NCBI GenBank assembly: GCA_035553595.1
Contig: DATMKA010000193.1
Span: 1 to 47,889, forward strand
Direction: 5' to 3'
DNA from: Thermoplasmatota archaeon
GTDB lineage: Archaea; Thermoplasmatota; SW-10-69-26; JACQPN01; JAJPHT01
DNA length: 47,889 bases
Part shown: positions 9,332-17,574 of the stretch, piece by piece
Position numbering within the stretch: position 1 is the stretch's first letter
Layout of the letters: the number at the start of each line of letters is the position of its first letter
Notes under the pieces: model-generated
Database searches by the model: none
What the model saw: the letters and a program-made list of their open reading frames with translations, nothing else
What the model was told of the DNA's origin: nothing
Translations under genes and position numbers: made by a program

Positions 9332-9828
9332 GCGAAGCCACCACGGGTGCGGCCGACTACGGCGGCCACCATCAGGAGGACCGCCACCACGCCGAGCACC
9401 ATGTTGATGACGGAAGCCATCACGAGGCGCTTCTGGAGGGCGGCCGCGCCCTCCGCGTCCCCTTCCTTGAGCTGGCCCATCTTGCGCATGGCGGGCATGA
9501 GGAGACTGCCCGCCACACCGAGCATGATGACCGCGATCACGAGGGTGGAGCCCATGAGGAGGTTCCAGGTGGAGCCGTGGAACTTCACCTCACCCATGAT
9601 GAGGTACTGGTTCCAGACGCCGAAGAGAATGGTGGCGGCGCCCGCGTAGGAGATGACGCGGAAGCCCGTGGGACCAATCTTCGCCATGGCCTGGCGGCGC
9701 ACCTGGGGGGGTGTCGCCATGAGGCTGCGGGAAACCACGGTGCCGGCGTACAGGATGCCGCCGACCCAGAAGACGCCGGCGAGGATGTGGAGGGAGCGCA
9801 CGATGTACTCGAGCGTGTCGAAGGCCAT
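9328..9828 (-). CDS. hypothetical integral membrane protein (4 predicted TM helices)
   Basis: 166-aa ORF starting MAFDTLEYIVRSLHILAGVFWVGGILYAG, with four long hydrophobic segments and G/C-rich third positions. No family recognised. Confidence 0.6.
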   Translation of the reverse strand: MAFDTLEYIVRSLHILAGVFWVGGILYAGTVVSRSLMATPPQVRRQAMAKIGPTGFRVISYAGAATILFGVWNQYLIMGEVKFHGSTWNLLMGSTLVIAVIMLGVAGSLLMPAMRKMGQLKEGDAEGAAALQKRLVMASVINMVLGVVAVLLMVAAVVGRTRGGFA

Positions 9829-9912
9829 GGACGGCGGAAGGGGAGACTGGGGGAAAAGGATATCGGAGCCATTTCCCGCGCATGACCAACCTTCCCGCCA
9901 AGGCGGCCACTC

Positions 9913-10006
9913 CTCCGCTGCTCCGCTGCATCGCTGCTCCGCGTTGATCGAGGCCTAGGAAGCCCACAGGATCAACGCGGAGCAACGGAGCAGCGAAGCA
10001 GCGGAG
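9913..10006. repeat. 94-bp near-palindromic element (37-bp imperfect inverted arms, 20-nt loop)
   Basis: A perfect 15-bp core, TGCTCCGCGTTGATC (9935-9949), pairs with GATCAACGCGGAGCA (9970-9984). The arms extend to about 33/37 matches. They contain internal direct copies of CGCTGCTCCGC. Confidence 0.65.
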
Positions 10007-10046
10007 ACCCCGACGGATCCAGGTTTGAGGGTAAAGGAGGCGTCCC

Positions 10047-10916
10047 TCAGCCCTTCTCAAGCGGAACCGTGCGGCAGATCTGCCGCAGCCCCTCGTACAC
10101 GGCCTCGGAGAGGTAGAGGTCCTCGGCGTTGTATTCGAGGAGGCGCTCCCGGATGCGCGGGTCCCGGCTGTTCTTGTAACGGCGGTAGAGGTGCACGATG
10201 TGGAGCCCGCTCGTGATGTTCCCCGCGGGCTTCCCGGAGCGACCGAAATACTTCCCCACGGCGTCGAGCTTGAACGAGTTGAGGGGCAGATACATCATCT
10301 GCGCCTCGGGGGAGCCCGTGAAAATGACGCGGTCCTGCATGTCGTACCAGCGGAGGCCCTGCACGAGCTTCTTGGGGATGCGATAGTTCTCGGCGGCCCG
10401 CCGAAGGAAGGGCTCGTCCGAGTTCCGCGACCCATAGGTCACGAGGAGCGGGTTGTCCCGGTAGTAGTGGTCGAAGAACTCGAGGAGGAGGTCCCGCCGC
10501 TCCTCCTTGGTGGCACCGAAGGCCTGGTGCACGTCCCCGCCCCACTTCTTCCAGCCGAACAGGAAAATCTCGGTGCCCTCGGAATCGAACTCGAGGTCGA
10601 AGAACCACACGGGGCCGGGCGGGTCCATTAGGAGGGGGTCCACCCCATACAGGATAGGCCGACCCTCGAGCTGGGCCCGGGCGTAACCGCGCAGGAGGTC
10701 GAGGCGGTTCGCGATGTCCCGCGTCTCCGGCACCCCGTGGAGCTTCTCGTAGAGCACCGAGTAGTCCCACTCAAGCAGCTCCTTGCGGGTGCGGATGCCC
10801 GTGACGGCGGCAATCCTGCCCGCGTTCGTCTGCTTGATGGTGGGAAGCTCCAGCAGGTCCGGCGGCGCCTCGACCGGCTGGAGCGGGGTGGGGGCGGAGG
10901 GGGGCGTGTCGCTCAT
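10047..10916 (-). CDS. RNase H-like (YprB/PolB-exonuclease-like) 3'-5' exonuclease domain protein with an N-terminal HhH-like segment
   Basis: Internal ATG (CAT 10914-10916) gives MSDTPPSAPTP... Acidic motifs are spaced as in DEDD/RNase-H-fold exonucleases: VWFFDLEFD, LVTYGSRNSDEPFL, EYNAEDLY. N-terminal segment IKQTNAGRIAAVTGIRTRKEL. The longer ORF to 11069 overlaps the ALDH 3' end. Confidence 0.6.
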   Translation of the reverse strand: MSDTPPSAPTPLQPVEAPPDLLELPTIKQTNAGRIAAVTGIRTRKELLEWDYSVLYEKLHGVPETRDIANRLDLLRGYARAQLEGRPILYGVDPLLMDPPGPVWFFDLEFDSEGTEIFLFGWKKWGGDVHQAFGATKEERRDLLLEFFDHYYRDNPLLVTYGSRNSDEPFLRRAAENYRIPKKLVQGLRWYDMQDRVIFTGSPEAQMMYLPLNSFKLDAVGKYFGRSGKPAGNITSGLHIVHLYRRYKNSRDPRIRERLLEYNAEDLYLSEAVYEGLRQICRTVPLEKG

Positions 10917-10920
10917 GGGG

Positions 10921-12474
10921 TCACTGCACGTCGAACCGGATGCCCTGAGCCAAGGGGAGTTCCTTGCTGTAGTTGATGGTGCAGGTCTGGCGGCGCATGT
11001 ACTGCTTCCAGGAGTCGCTGCCGGACTCGCGGCCGCCGCCCGTCTCCTTCTCGCCACCGAAGGCGCCACCGATCTCGGCGCCGGAGGTGCCGATGTTCAC
11101 GTTCGCGATGCCGCAGTCGGAGCCGCGGGTGCTCAGGAAGGCCTCGGCCTCGCCGAGGTCCGTGGTGAAGATGGCGCTGCTGAGGCCTTGGGGCACGGCG
11201 TTGTTGATGCGGATGGCCTCCTGCACCTCCCCCTCGTAGGGGATGACGTACAGGATGGGCGCGAAGGTCTCCTGGTGGGTGATCTCCGCCGTTTCACTGA
11301 TCTGGATGAGGGTAGGCTCCACGTAGTTGGGCCCGAGGTCGGAGCGGGCCTTCCCCCCGTAGAGGAGCTTGCCGCCCTGCTTCTGCGCGATGGCGACGGC
11401 CTCCATCATGTCGGTGACCGCCGTGGTGTCGATGAGGGGACCCATGAGCGTGGAGGACTCGAGCGGCGACCCGATCTTCACCTGCCCGTAGCCCTTCACG
11501 AGGCGCTTCGTGAGGTCGTCGGCGACCGCCTGGTGGACGATGACGCGGCGCGTGCTCGTGCAGCGTTGGCCCGCCGTGCCCACGGCGCCGAACAGGATGG
11601 CGCGCGTGGCAAGGTCGAGGTCCGCGTTCTTCGTGACCACGATGGCGTTGTTGCCGCCAAGCTCCAGGATGGTGCGGCCCATGCGCTTCGCGACCGCCTC
11701 GTACACCTTGAAGCCCATGTCGGTGCTGCCGGTGGCGCTGATGAGGGGGATGCGCTTGTCGTCGAGCATGCGCTGGCCCACGGTACGGCCGGGACCGATC
11801 ACGAGCGTCATGACGCCCTCGAAGCCGTGCTTCGCGAGGACGCGGTTCGCAATCTGCTGCGTCGCGATGGCTGTGAGCGGCGTCTTGCTGCTCGGCTTCC
11901 ACACGCACGCGTCACCGCACACGGCGGCGAGGAGCGTGTTCCAGCTCCAGACGGCGGTGGGGAAGTTGAAGGCGGTGATGACGCCCACCACCCCAAGGGG
12001 GTGCCACTGCTCGTACATGCGGTGGCCGGGGCGCTCCGAGTGCATGGTGAGGCCGTAGAGCTGGCGGGAGAGGCCGACGCTGAAGTCGGCGATGTCCACC
12101 ATCTCCTGAACCTCACCGTAGCCTTCCTGCACAATCTTGCCCATCTCAAGGGTCACGAGCTTCCCGAGGGCTTCCTTGTGGGTGCGGAGCTCCTCGCCGA
12201 TCTGGCGCACGATCTCGCCGCGCTTCGGGGCGGGCACCTGGCTCCAGCGCAGGTAGGCCTCGTGGGTGGCCTTGATGACGCGCTCGTAGTCCGCAACGGT
12301 GGCCTGGCGGACGCGGCCGATGACGGAACCGTCAATGGGTGTGCGCACCTCCAGCCACTCCCCCGACCCGAACCAGGACTTGCCGTCCGAGCAGCCTGCG
12401 TGCTCGAAGGGCAGGCCGAGCGCATCGAGAATCTCCCGGTACGGGGGCTTCACGGTCTGAGCAGCAGGGGACAT
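10921..12474 (-). CDS. NAD(P)-dependent aldehyde dehydrogenase, ALDH7 (aminoadipate-semialdehyde/piperideine-6-carboxylate dehydrogenase)-like
   Basis: AFNFPTAVWSWN, ELGGNNA and the catalytic-Cys motif GTAGQRCTSTRR. Overall length is about 517 aa. ATG at 12474 is preferred over the TTG at 12486. The subfamily call is by resemblance only. Confidence 0.85.
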   Translation of the reverse strand: MSPAAQTVKPPYREILDALGLPFEHAGCSDGKSWFGSGEWLEVRTPIDGSVIGRVRQATVADYERVIKATHEAYLRWSQVPAPKRGEIVRQIGEELRTHKEALGKLVTLEMGKIVQEGYGEVQEMVDIADFSVGLSRQLYGLTMHSERPGHRMYEQWHPLGVVGVITAFNFPTAVWSWNTLLAAVCGDACVWKPSSKTPLTAIATQQIANRVLAKHGFEGVMTLVIGPGRTVGQRMLDDKRIPLISATGSTDMGFKVYEAVAKRMGRTILELGGNNAIVVTKNADLDLATRAILFGAVGTAGQRCTSTRRVIVHQAVADDLTKRLVKGYGQVKIGSPLESSTLMGPLIDTTAVTDMMEAVAIAQKQGGKLLYGGKARSDLGPNYVEPTLIQISETAEITHQETFAPILYVIPYEGEVQEAIRINNAVPQGLSSAIFTTDLGEAEAFLSTRGSDCGIANVNIGTSGAEIGGAFGGEKETGGGRESGSDSWKQYMRRQTCTINYSKELPLAQGIRFDVQ

Positions 12475-12578
12475 ATAAAAGCGCAAAAGCTCGCCTCGGG
12501 CTTAATCCCTTTGGGAGCCCCCGTGGGGCCCGGGCAAAACCGCAACCGCCCTATACCGGTCCGCCCCAAGCCGGAAGC

Positions 12579-13424
12579 ATGGCCCCCGGACGGGCCCCCG
12601 CCAGCGGACTAGCCGCCCTCCTTGCCTGCTTTCTCCTGCCCGCCGTTGCAGGCTGCCTGGGCCAGCCCGGCTTCTCCTCCCCTTCCGACCGGTGTCCCCC
12701 GAGCGTGCTGGCCTCCTGGCAGGAGCCGGGCCTGTTCGCCGCGTTTCCCCCAGAGACGTCCTTCGGGAGCGCGGCCATCCCCTTCGACACGAGCGAGCTC
12801 GAGGGCGGTCCCTACCGCCTCCAGAGCGTGAGCTGGTCGCCGCCCAGCGGGAATGGGCACGTCACCCTGGCGGCCACGGAAAAGGCAGGAACCTTCCTGC
12901 TCCAGGTGAGCGTGAACCATGTCCCCGCCGGGGAGCGGGAGCGCCTCGTGGAGCGCTTCCTAGAGGCCCTCGACGTAGGCCCCGAGGAAGCTGACCGCGC
13001 CGTCCCGCGCCTCCTCGCGGGCCAGGAGGGCACGATGGTGAGCACCGAGCTGCCCCTCACAATTGATGCGCAAGGGCTCCGCGACCGGTTGAACGCGACG
13101 CGGCCCCTCTACCGCATGCATCCGCAAGAGGCAAGCGGCTGGACCCTCGCATGGACGGGTCCCGAGGGCACCTACGTGTTCCATTTCGCGCGGGAGGTCC
13201 GCGGCTTCCTGTTCGGGGAAGGGAGCCACCTGTCGGGCATCATGGTGGGGCCGGACGATCGCGTCCACTTCTCCTTCCACCGCAAGCTCGCGCCGGACCT
13301 TGCACGAAGCCACGGCATCAGCGGTCCCGACGCGGCGGCACAGGCCCTCGCGCGGAGCCTCTTCGCAGAGCGCGGGCTCCCTACGCCGCGGTTCGAGGCC
13401 TGGCGGCTCGACGACTCATGCTGA
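12579..13424 (+). CDS. hypothetical secreted lipoprotein
   Basis: Internal ATG at 12579 of ORF 12339..13424 gives MAPGRAPASGLAALLACFLLPAVAGC (lipobox). No family recognised. Confidence 0.55.
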   Translation: MAPGRAPASGLAALLACFLLPAVAGCLGQPGFSSPSDRCPPSVLASWQEPGLFAAFPPETSFGSAAIPFDTSELEGGPYRLQSVSWSPPSGNGHVTLAATEKAGTFLLQVSVNHVPAGERERLVERFLEALDVGPEEADRAVPRLLAGQEGTMVSTELPLTIDAQGLRDRLNATRPLYRMHPQEASGWTLAWTGPEGTYVFHFAREVRGFLFGEGSHLSGIMVGPDDRVHFSFHRKLAPDLARSHGISGPDAAAQALARSLFAERGLPTPRFEAWRLDDSC

Positions 13425-13428
13425 GGCG

Positions 13429-13965
13429 TCACACCACGAAGGAGCGGCACCCGTTGAGGCGGGGCGCGTACACGTGGAGCGTGACGAGCACGTGGCGGCT
13501 CGGGACGGCCACGCGGTGGATGTCCCCGGGGCATTCCTCGAGGATGGCGCCCGTGGGGATGGCTCGAGTGGTCATCACCTGGAGCTCGCCGTTGGCGCGC
13601 TCCCGGAACCGGTCTTCGCGAGCGGTGCCCACGAGGACGCGCACGAGTCCCCACCCGTCCCCGTGGTCGTGGACGGTGGACTCCTGGCCGGGAAGCCAGC
13701 CCATGAGGAGGATTTCGGCCTCGCTCGTGGAGGCGAGAACGCGCCGCGTGTACCCCTGGGGCGCGAAGGCGAACAGGGGAGCGAGCGCTTCCACGTCAAG
13801 GTCCACGAGCAGGCGGCCGAAGGACCCTTCGCAGAGGGCCTCTTCAAGCAGCGACTGCGCGAGGCGTCCCACTTCGGTGCGGGTGGCATCCGGGAGCTGG
13901 ACGGCCCCGGGCACGGGCGCAACGCCCGCCTTCGCGGCCGGCGCGGCCACGGTACGCGAATCCAT
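13429..13965 (-). CDS. cupin-fold protein, cysteine dioxygenase type I-like
   Basis: Internal ATG (CAT 13963-13965). The motif LMGWLPGQESTVHDHGDGWGLVRVLVGTAREDRF matches the CDO-type pattern (W.PGQ....HDH....G...vl.G). Confidence 0.55.
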   Translation of the reverse strand: MDSRTVAAPAAKAGVAPVPGAVQLPDATRTEVGRLAQSLLEEALCEGSFGRLLVDLDVEALAPLFAFAPQGYTRRVLASTSEAEILLMGWLPGQESTVHDHGDGWGLVRVLVGTAREDRFRERANGELQVMTTRAIPTGAILEECPGDIHRVAVPSRHVLVTLHVYAPRLNGCRSFVV

Positions 13966-14024
13966 GCCCCCTGGGCCCTTGGTCCGGGGGGATGGGGGTT
14001 CTGGTACAGTCCTCGGCGCACGCC

Positions 14025-14516
14025 TCAGGAAGCGGCGCCCTCGGCGAGGTCCTTGAGGTTCATGAGCGCCCGGTCCATCCGGGAGCTGAACAGGTGGTGC
14101 ACCTCGGCCTCCGTGAGGAACACGGGCAGCACGAAGGGCAACTCCACCTCCATGCGGAGGCGCAACCGCGTCCCGCCCCCCGGCGTGGGAACCAGAGAGT
14201 AGGCGCCCTCGTGACGAGCGAAATCGCCGGCATGCTGCCGCCACCCGAAGAGGGCGTTCTCGCGGAACGCCACCAGCTCCTGGGCCGACTGCAGGCGCAT
14301 CCCGGCGGCATCCACCACCGTGTGGACGCGGCTGCCCTGATGAAGGGCCTCCACGGCCGCAGGGGGGCCCGCGGCACCGCCGCCGTCCCTGGTGGCCCGG
14401 ACCGTGCCCGGAAGCCAGCGCGGCGACTGGGCAACGCGGGTCAACAGGCTGAAGACGGCCTGGGGCGGAGCCTGGATATCGATGGTCTTATCTAACACGA
14501 CCAGCGGCAACACCAT
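14025..14516 (-). CDS. SRPBCC-superfamily (polyketide cyclase/START-like) protein
   Basis: Internal ATG (CAT 14514-14516) gives MVLPLVVLDKTIDIQAPPQAVFSLLTRVAQSPRWLPG, the typical N-terminus of SRPBCC ligand-binding proteins. 163 aa. Confidence 0.5.
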   Translation of the reverse strand: MVLPLVVLDKTIDIQAPPQAVFSLLTRVAQSPRWLPGTVRATRDGGGAAGPPAAVEALHQGSRVHTVVDAAGMRLQSAQELVAFRENALFGWRQHAGDFARHEGAYSLVPTPGGGTRLRLRMEVELPFVLPVFLTEAEVHHLFSSRMDRALMNLKDLAEGAAS

Positions 14517-14850
14517 CCGGGCCCAAGGCCCCAAGGGCCCCGGGCCGCACACCCCTTTCCTGAGGCGTGGGGGTATTGAAGTTTGCGCTCTACGGCGGGG
14601 GCGCCCATGGTCGCCCCCGCCGTAGGATCGGTACTCGGGCACGCCTCATGGCGTGCCCTGCGCCCGCGCACACTTCCTGGCATGGCCTCCACTTCCTCGC
14701 TCCGCTCGGAACCGTCCGCCATGCCAGTCCGTGTGCCAAGGGGGGCTATCCGCCCCCCTTGTGACCCCCGGACCAGGGGCTACGCCCCTGGACCCCTGCA
14801 GACGTCCCCTGCCCTCTCGAAAGCGATTACGGACGGCAGCGGGGCTGGGA

Positions 14851-16368
14851 TCAAGGCCCAAAGCGCGGCAGGGGAATGGAGCGGTTCCCGCTTTCGGGCC
14901 CCTCCTCAGCGGCGGGCTGGGCGGAAGCCATCGTGAGGCGCCCCTTCGCGGCGTAGAGGCTCGGGCCCTCCTCCAGGATGGCGACGGCGGTGGCGCGGGC
15001 CCGGGAGTCGTCCAGGGTAGCCGCGGGGTTGTTGGCGCAGTCGAACTCGTCGTCGTCCACGCACCCGTCGGTGAAGGCCACCACGGCGCGGCCCTCGGGG
15101 CCCACGTGGAGGTCGATGAAATCGAGGTGGTTGCGGCCGGGGTCGCCGCCGCCGCCCTCCCACATGTACCCGATCTGGATGGGGTCCTCGTCGGGGGTCA
15201 CGCGCTGCGTCACGAAGGTGGGGTTCGCGCTCGCCGCATCGAGGCTGAAGGTCACGAAGAGGTGCCAACGCGTGTTGTCGGGAGCTTCGCCCGCGGTGGC
15301 CGTGGTCATGTTGGTGCCGTAGTAGGCAAAGGCGAGGCGGCCGTCGTCGCCACTCGTGACGACGGAGAAGCGCGCGCTCGTGACCTCGGGCGGGCTCACG
15401 AGGAAGGGGCCCTCGGCGGTGGCGAAGCCGTCGGTGGAGCGCGCCACGTACATGCGGTTGTCCTTCGCGGCGCGCCAGAAATAGTAGGCGGTACCGTCGG
15501 GCGTCACCGTGACGTCGGGGTCGATCTCGGCGTTGCCGAGGCCGCCGTCCTCGATGTAGCGGAGGGTCCAGGTGAGGCCGTTGTCGGTGCTCACTGCCAC
15601 CGCGGGCTTGCCGCAGTTGAGGCCGAGGGGCACGTACACAGTGCCGTCGGGGGCCGCGTGGGGCTGGCCGTTGATGCCGCCGCACTCCTGCGTCACGACG
15701 CGGTCCACGGGGTAGGTGAGGCCGCCGTCGTAGCTCATCGCGCAGTTCGTGGTCACGAGCTTGTTGTAGCAGTAGTACACCAGGTTCTTGTACACGGGGT
15801 TCGGCAGGGCAGGGAGGTCGGGCCCGTAGGCGCCGGTCGCAATCTTCTGGTGGTCCACGACGGGAAGGCCGCAGCTCATGGGCCGGTCGATCCAGGTCTC
15901 GCCGTCGTCGTCGCTGTAGACGGCGCTCGAGCAGGCGAGAACGGGGAACATGAAGGGCGCGAAGACGCGGTCCGTGTCGCGGTCCACCCACAGCATGGGG
16001 TCGGAGTTGCGACCGTAGTCGACGCCCTCGGCGACCTTGCCGAACTCGAACACCTTCTCCCAGGTGAGGCCGTTGTCCTTGCTGCGCATCACGAAATCGC
16101 CCGCGCTCACGAAGATGGCGCCGCTCGACGTGATGCCCACGTTGGGCTCCGCGCCGCGCGTCCCGAGGAGACGGTGGACCACGCGCGTCGTCCCGTTCAG
16201 GAACTCCGGCGGCAGCGGCACGGGGGCGCCCGCGGCATCGTAAGAGAGAAGCGGGACCTCCGGCAGGGAGGGCGTGGGGATGGAGGCAGAAGTGGCGGAC
16301 TCCTCGGCAGGTGTGAGACACCCCGCAAGAAGAAGGCCCGATAGGGCGAGGGCGACGACGGCGCGCAT
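14851..16368 (-). CDS. BNR/Asp-box repeat (sialidase-fold-like) lipoprotein, paralog 2
   Basis: Internal ATG (CAT 16366-16368) gives MRAVVALALSGLLLAGC (lipobox). Asp-boxes: SKDNGLTWE, SDDDGETWI, SYDGGLTYP, STDNGLTWT. Collinear with the 7859..9331 product (for example DPMLWVDRDTDRVF versus DPWVYVDPVTDRVF). Confidence 0.75.
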   Translation of the reverse strand: MRAVVALALSGLLLAGCLTPAEESATSASIPTPSLPEVPLLSYDAAGAPVPLPPEFLNGTTRVVHRLLGTRGAEPNVGITSSGAIFVSAGDFVMRSKDNGLTWEKVFEFGKVAEGVDYGRNSDPMLWVDRDTDRVFAPFMFPVLACSSAVYSDDDGETWIDRPMSCGLPVVDHQKIATGAYGPDLPALPNPVYKNLVYYCYNKLVTTNCAMSYDGGLTYPVDRVVTQECGGINGQPHAAPDGTVYVPLGLNCGKPAVAVSTDNGLTWTLRYIEDGGLGNAEIDPDVTVTPDGTAYYFWRAAKDNRMYVARSTDGFATAEGPFLVSPPEVTSARFSVVTSGDDGRLAFAYYGTNMTTATAGEAPDNTRWHLFVTFSLDAASANPTFVTQRVTPDEDPIQIGYMWEGGGGDPGRNHLDFIDLHVGPEGRAVVAFTDGCVDDDEFDCANNPAATLDDSRARATAVAILEEGPSLYAAKGRLTMASAQPAAEEGPESGNRSIPLPRFGP

Positions 16369-16457
16369 GCGAATCGCTGCCAGACCCCCTGGTCGGTTGA
16401 AAGCCTTTGTGGTGGCGAAGGCCGGCAACTCCACAGCGGGTCGGCAGAATCTATCCA

Positions 16458-17552
16458 CTATGGAAGAATTCCGTCCAAACGTGGAACGCCTGTTTCGTCA
16501 CGGCAACCCTCGGGCCGACCAAGCTTGAGCAACGTGTCGCATCCGCTCACCGCGATCATTCCATTAGCGTGACCAGTCCCAGAGATTGCCACTGGCGGGA
16601 CACATACAAGCGTTCTACACGTGGTTGCAGTCTTAGCATCTCCTGTACCGCTCACCGCAATATCGCCCCCCGACGCATTGCCGGTCGCGGACGCCGCCAA
16701 GGTGGGATCACACACCGTATTACAACCCTCGGAGAAGGCGTCGCCGGTAAGGCTTACTGCCCTGGATCCACGTGCCGTCCCAAACCCGCTCAGGGAAAGG
16801 ACCTGCCCCCATAGGGCATCCCCCGTACCGCTCACTGCGAGGGCGTCCCCTCGGGCCGTGCCGTTGCGGCTGATCCCCACATCCTGCCCCCAGGCGTCGC
16901 CGCCCCCACCGACGGCCACCAAGCCACACCAATACCCTTTCGAATAGTAATAGTGAGGGCAGCGGCTGGCGTTACCGTGGGTACTTACACTCGCCCAGTA
17001 CCCATCGGCCCGCTCAGTGTCATTGATTGCAAAGCACTCTCGGCCATTGCAAGTTCCCGCCCCAAAGGCAATCGGGCCCCTTGAGGCACCGAGGATGGAA
17101 AGCGAGGCATCATCCCCGCTGGCGTTGCCAGTGCCACTCACCGCGACGCAATCCACAATCCCCCTACACCAGTCGACGCCAGTCGCCCGAGCATCCCCCG
17201 ACCCTGAGATCGCGGTTTGGCCTTCACTGTTTCCGGTCCCGCTCACCGAGGCCGTCGTAAGGCAATGGTAAAGGTATAGGACAATGGAAGTCCTACACCC
17301 GTAGGCAGACTTCGCATCACCTGTTCCGCTTATTGCCAGAGCAACGCAGTGACGGCCGGGGAGAGACGGGGAGCAGAACGGTCGGGATGCTTCGGCATCT
17401 CCATACGCGCTGACTGCCAACCAATCACCCTTGGCATCACGGTCAACTGCGATGTCATAAGGGGATGCAGCAGCCCATCCCGAAATGAGACTAGGCAGTA
17501 CGCAGAGGACGAGAAAGACGGATCTCAAATCCAGCCACCCAGACCGACACAT
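16458..17552 (-). CDS. secreted Cys-rich repeat protein with about 13 copies of an [AVI]-S-G-T-G-[DN]-A-type motif; no known family
   Basis: 364-aa ORF with a signal-peptide-like N-terminus (LRSVFLVLCVLPSLISGWAAA). Eight canonical repeats (AISGTGDA, VSGTGNS, AISGSGDA, AVSGTGNA, AVGGGGDA, AVSGTGDA x2, AISGTGHA) plus about 5 degenerate ones. About 18 Cys. The true start may be the TTG at 17528, preceded by GGGTGG. Confidence 0.6.
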   Translation of the reverse strand: MCRSGWLDLRSVFLVLCVLPSLISGWAAASPYDIAVDRDAKGDWLAVSAYGDAEASRPFCSPSLPGRHCVALAISGTGDAKSAYGCRTSIVLYLYHCLTTASVSGTGNSEGQTAISGSGDARATGVDWCRGIVDCVAVSGTGNASGDDASLSILGASRGPIAFGAGTCNGRECFAINDTERADGYWASVSTHGNASRCPHYYYSKGYWCGLVAVGGGGDAWGQDVGISRNGTARGDALAVSGTGDALWGQVLSLSGFGTARGSRAVSLTGDAFSEGCNTVCDPTLAASATGNASGGDIAVSGTGDAKTATTCRTLVCVPPVAISGTGHANGMIAVSGCDTLLKLGRPEGCRDETGVPRLDGILP

Positions 17553-17561
17553 GTCAGAAAC

Positions 17562-17574
17562 GATATATATTTAG
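17562..17574 (-). promoter_or_regulatory. TATA-like box upstream of the repeat-protein gene
   Basis: The minus strand reads CTAAATATATATC, the only AT-rich block in this spacer. It lies only about 10-20 nt from the ATG at 17552 but about 40 nt from the alternative TTG at 17528. Confidence 0.3.

Noticed and set aside
7820-12612. ORFs 7820..8962 (-), 10783..12612 (+) and 10057..10770 (-)
   Set aside because: These are shadow frames of the BNR lipoprotein, ALDH and exonuclease genes. None contains a recognisable motif.
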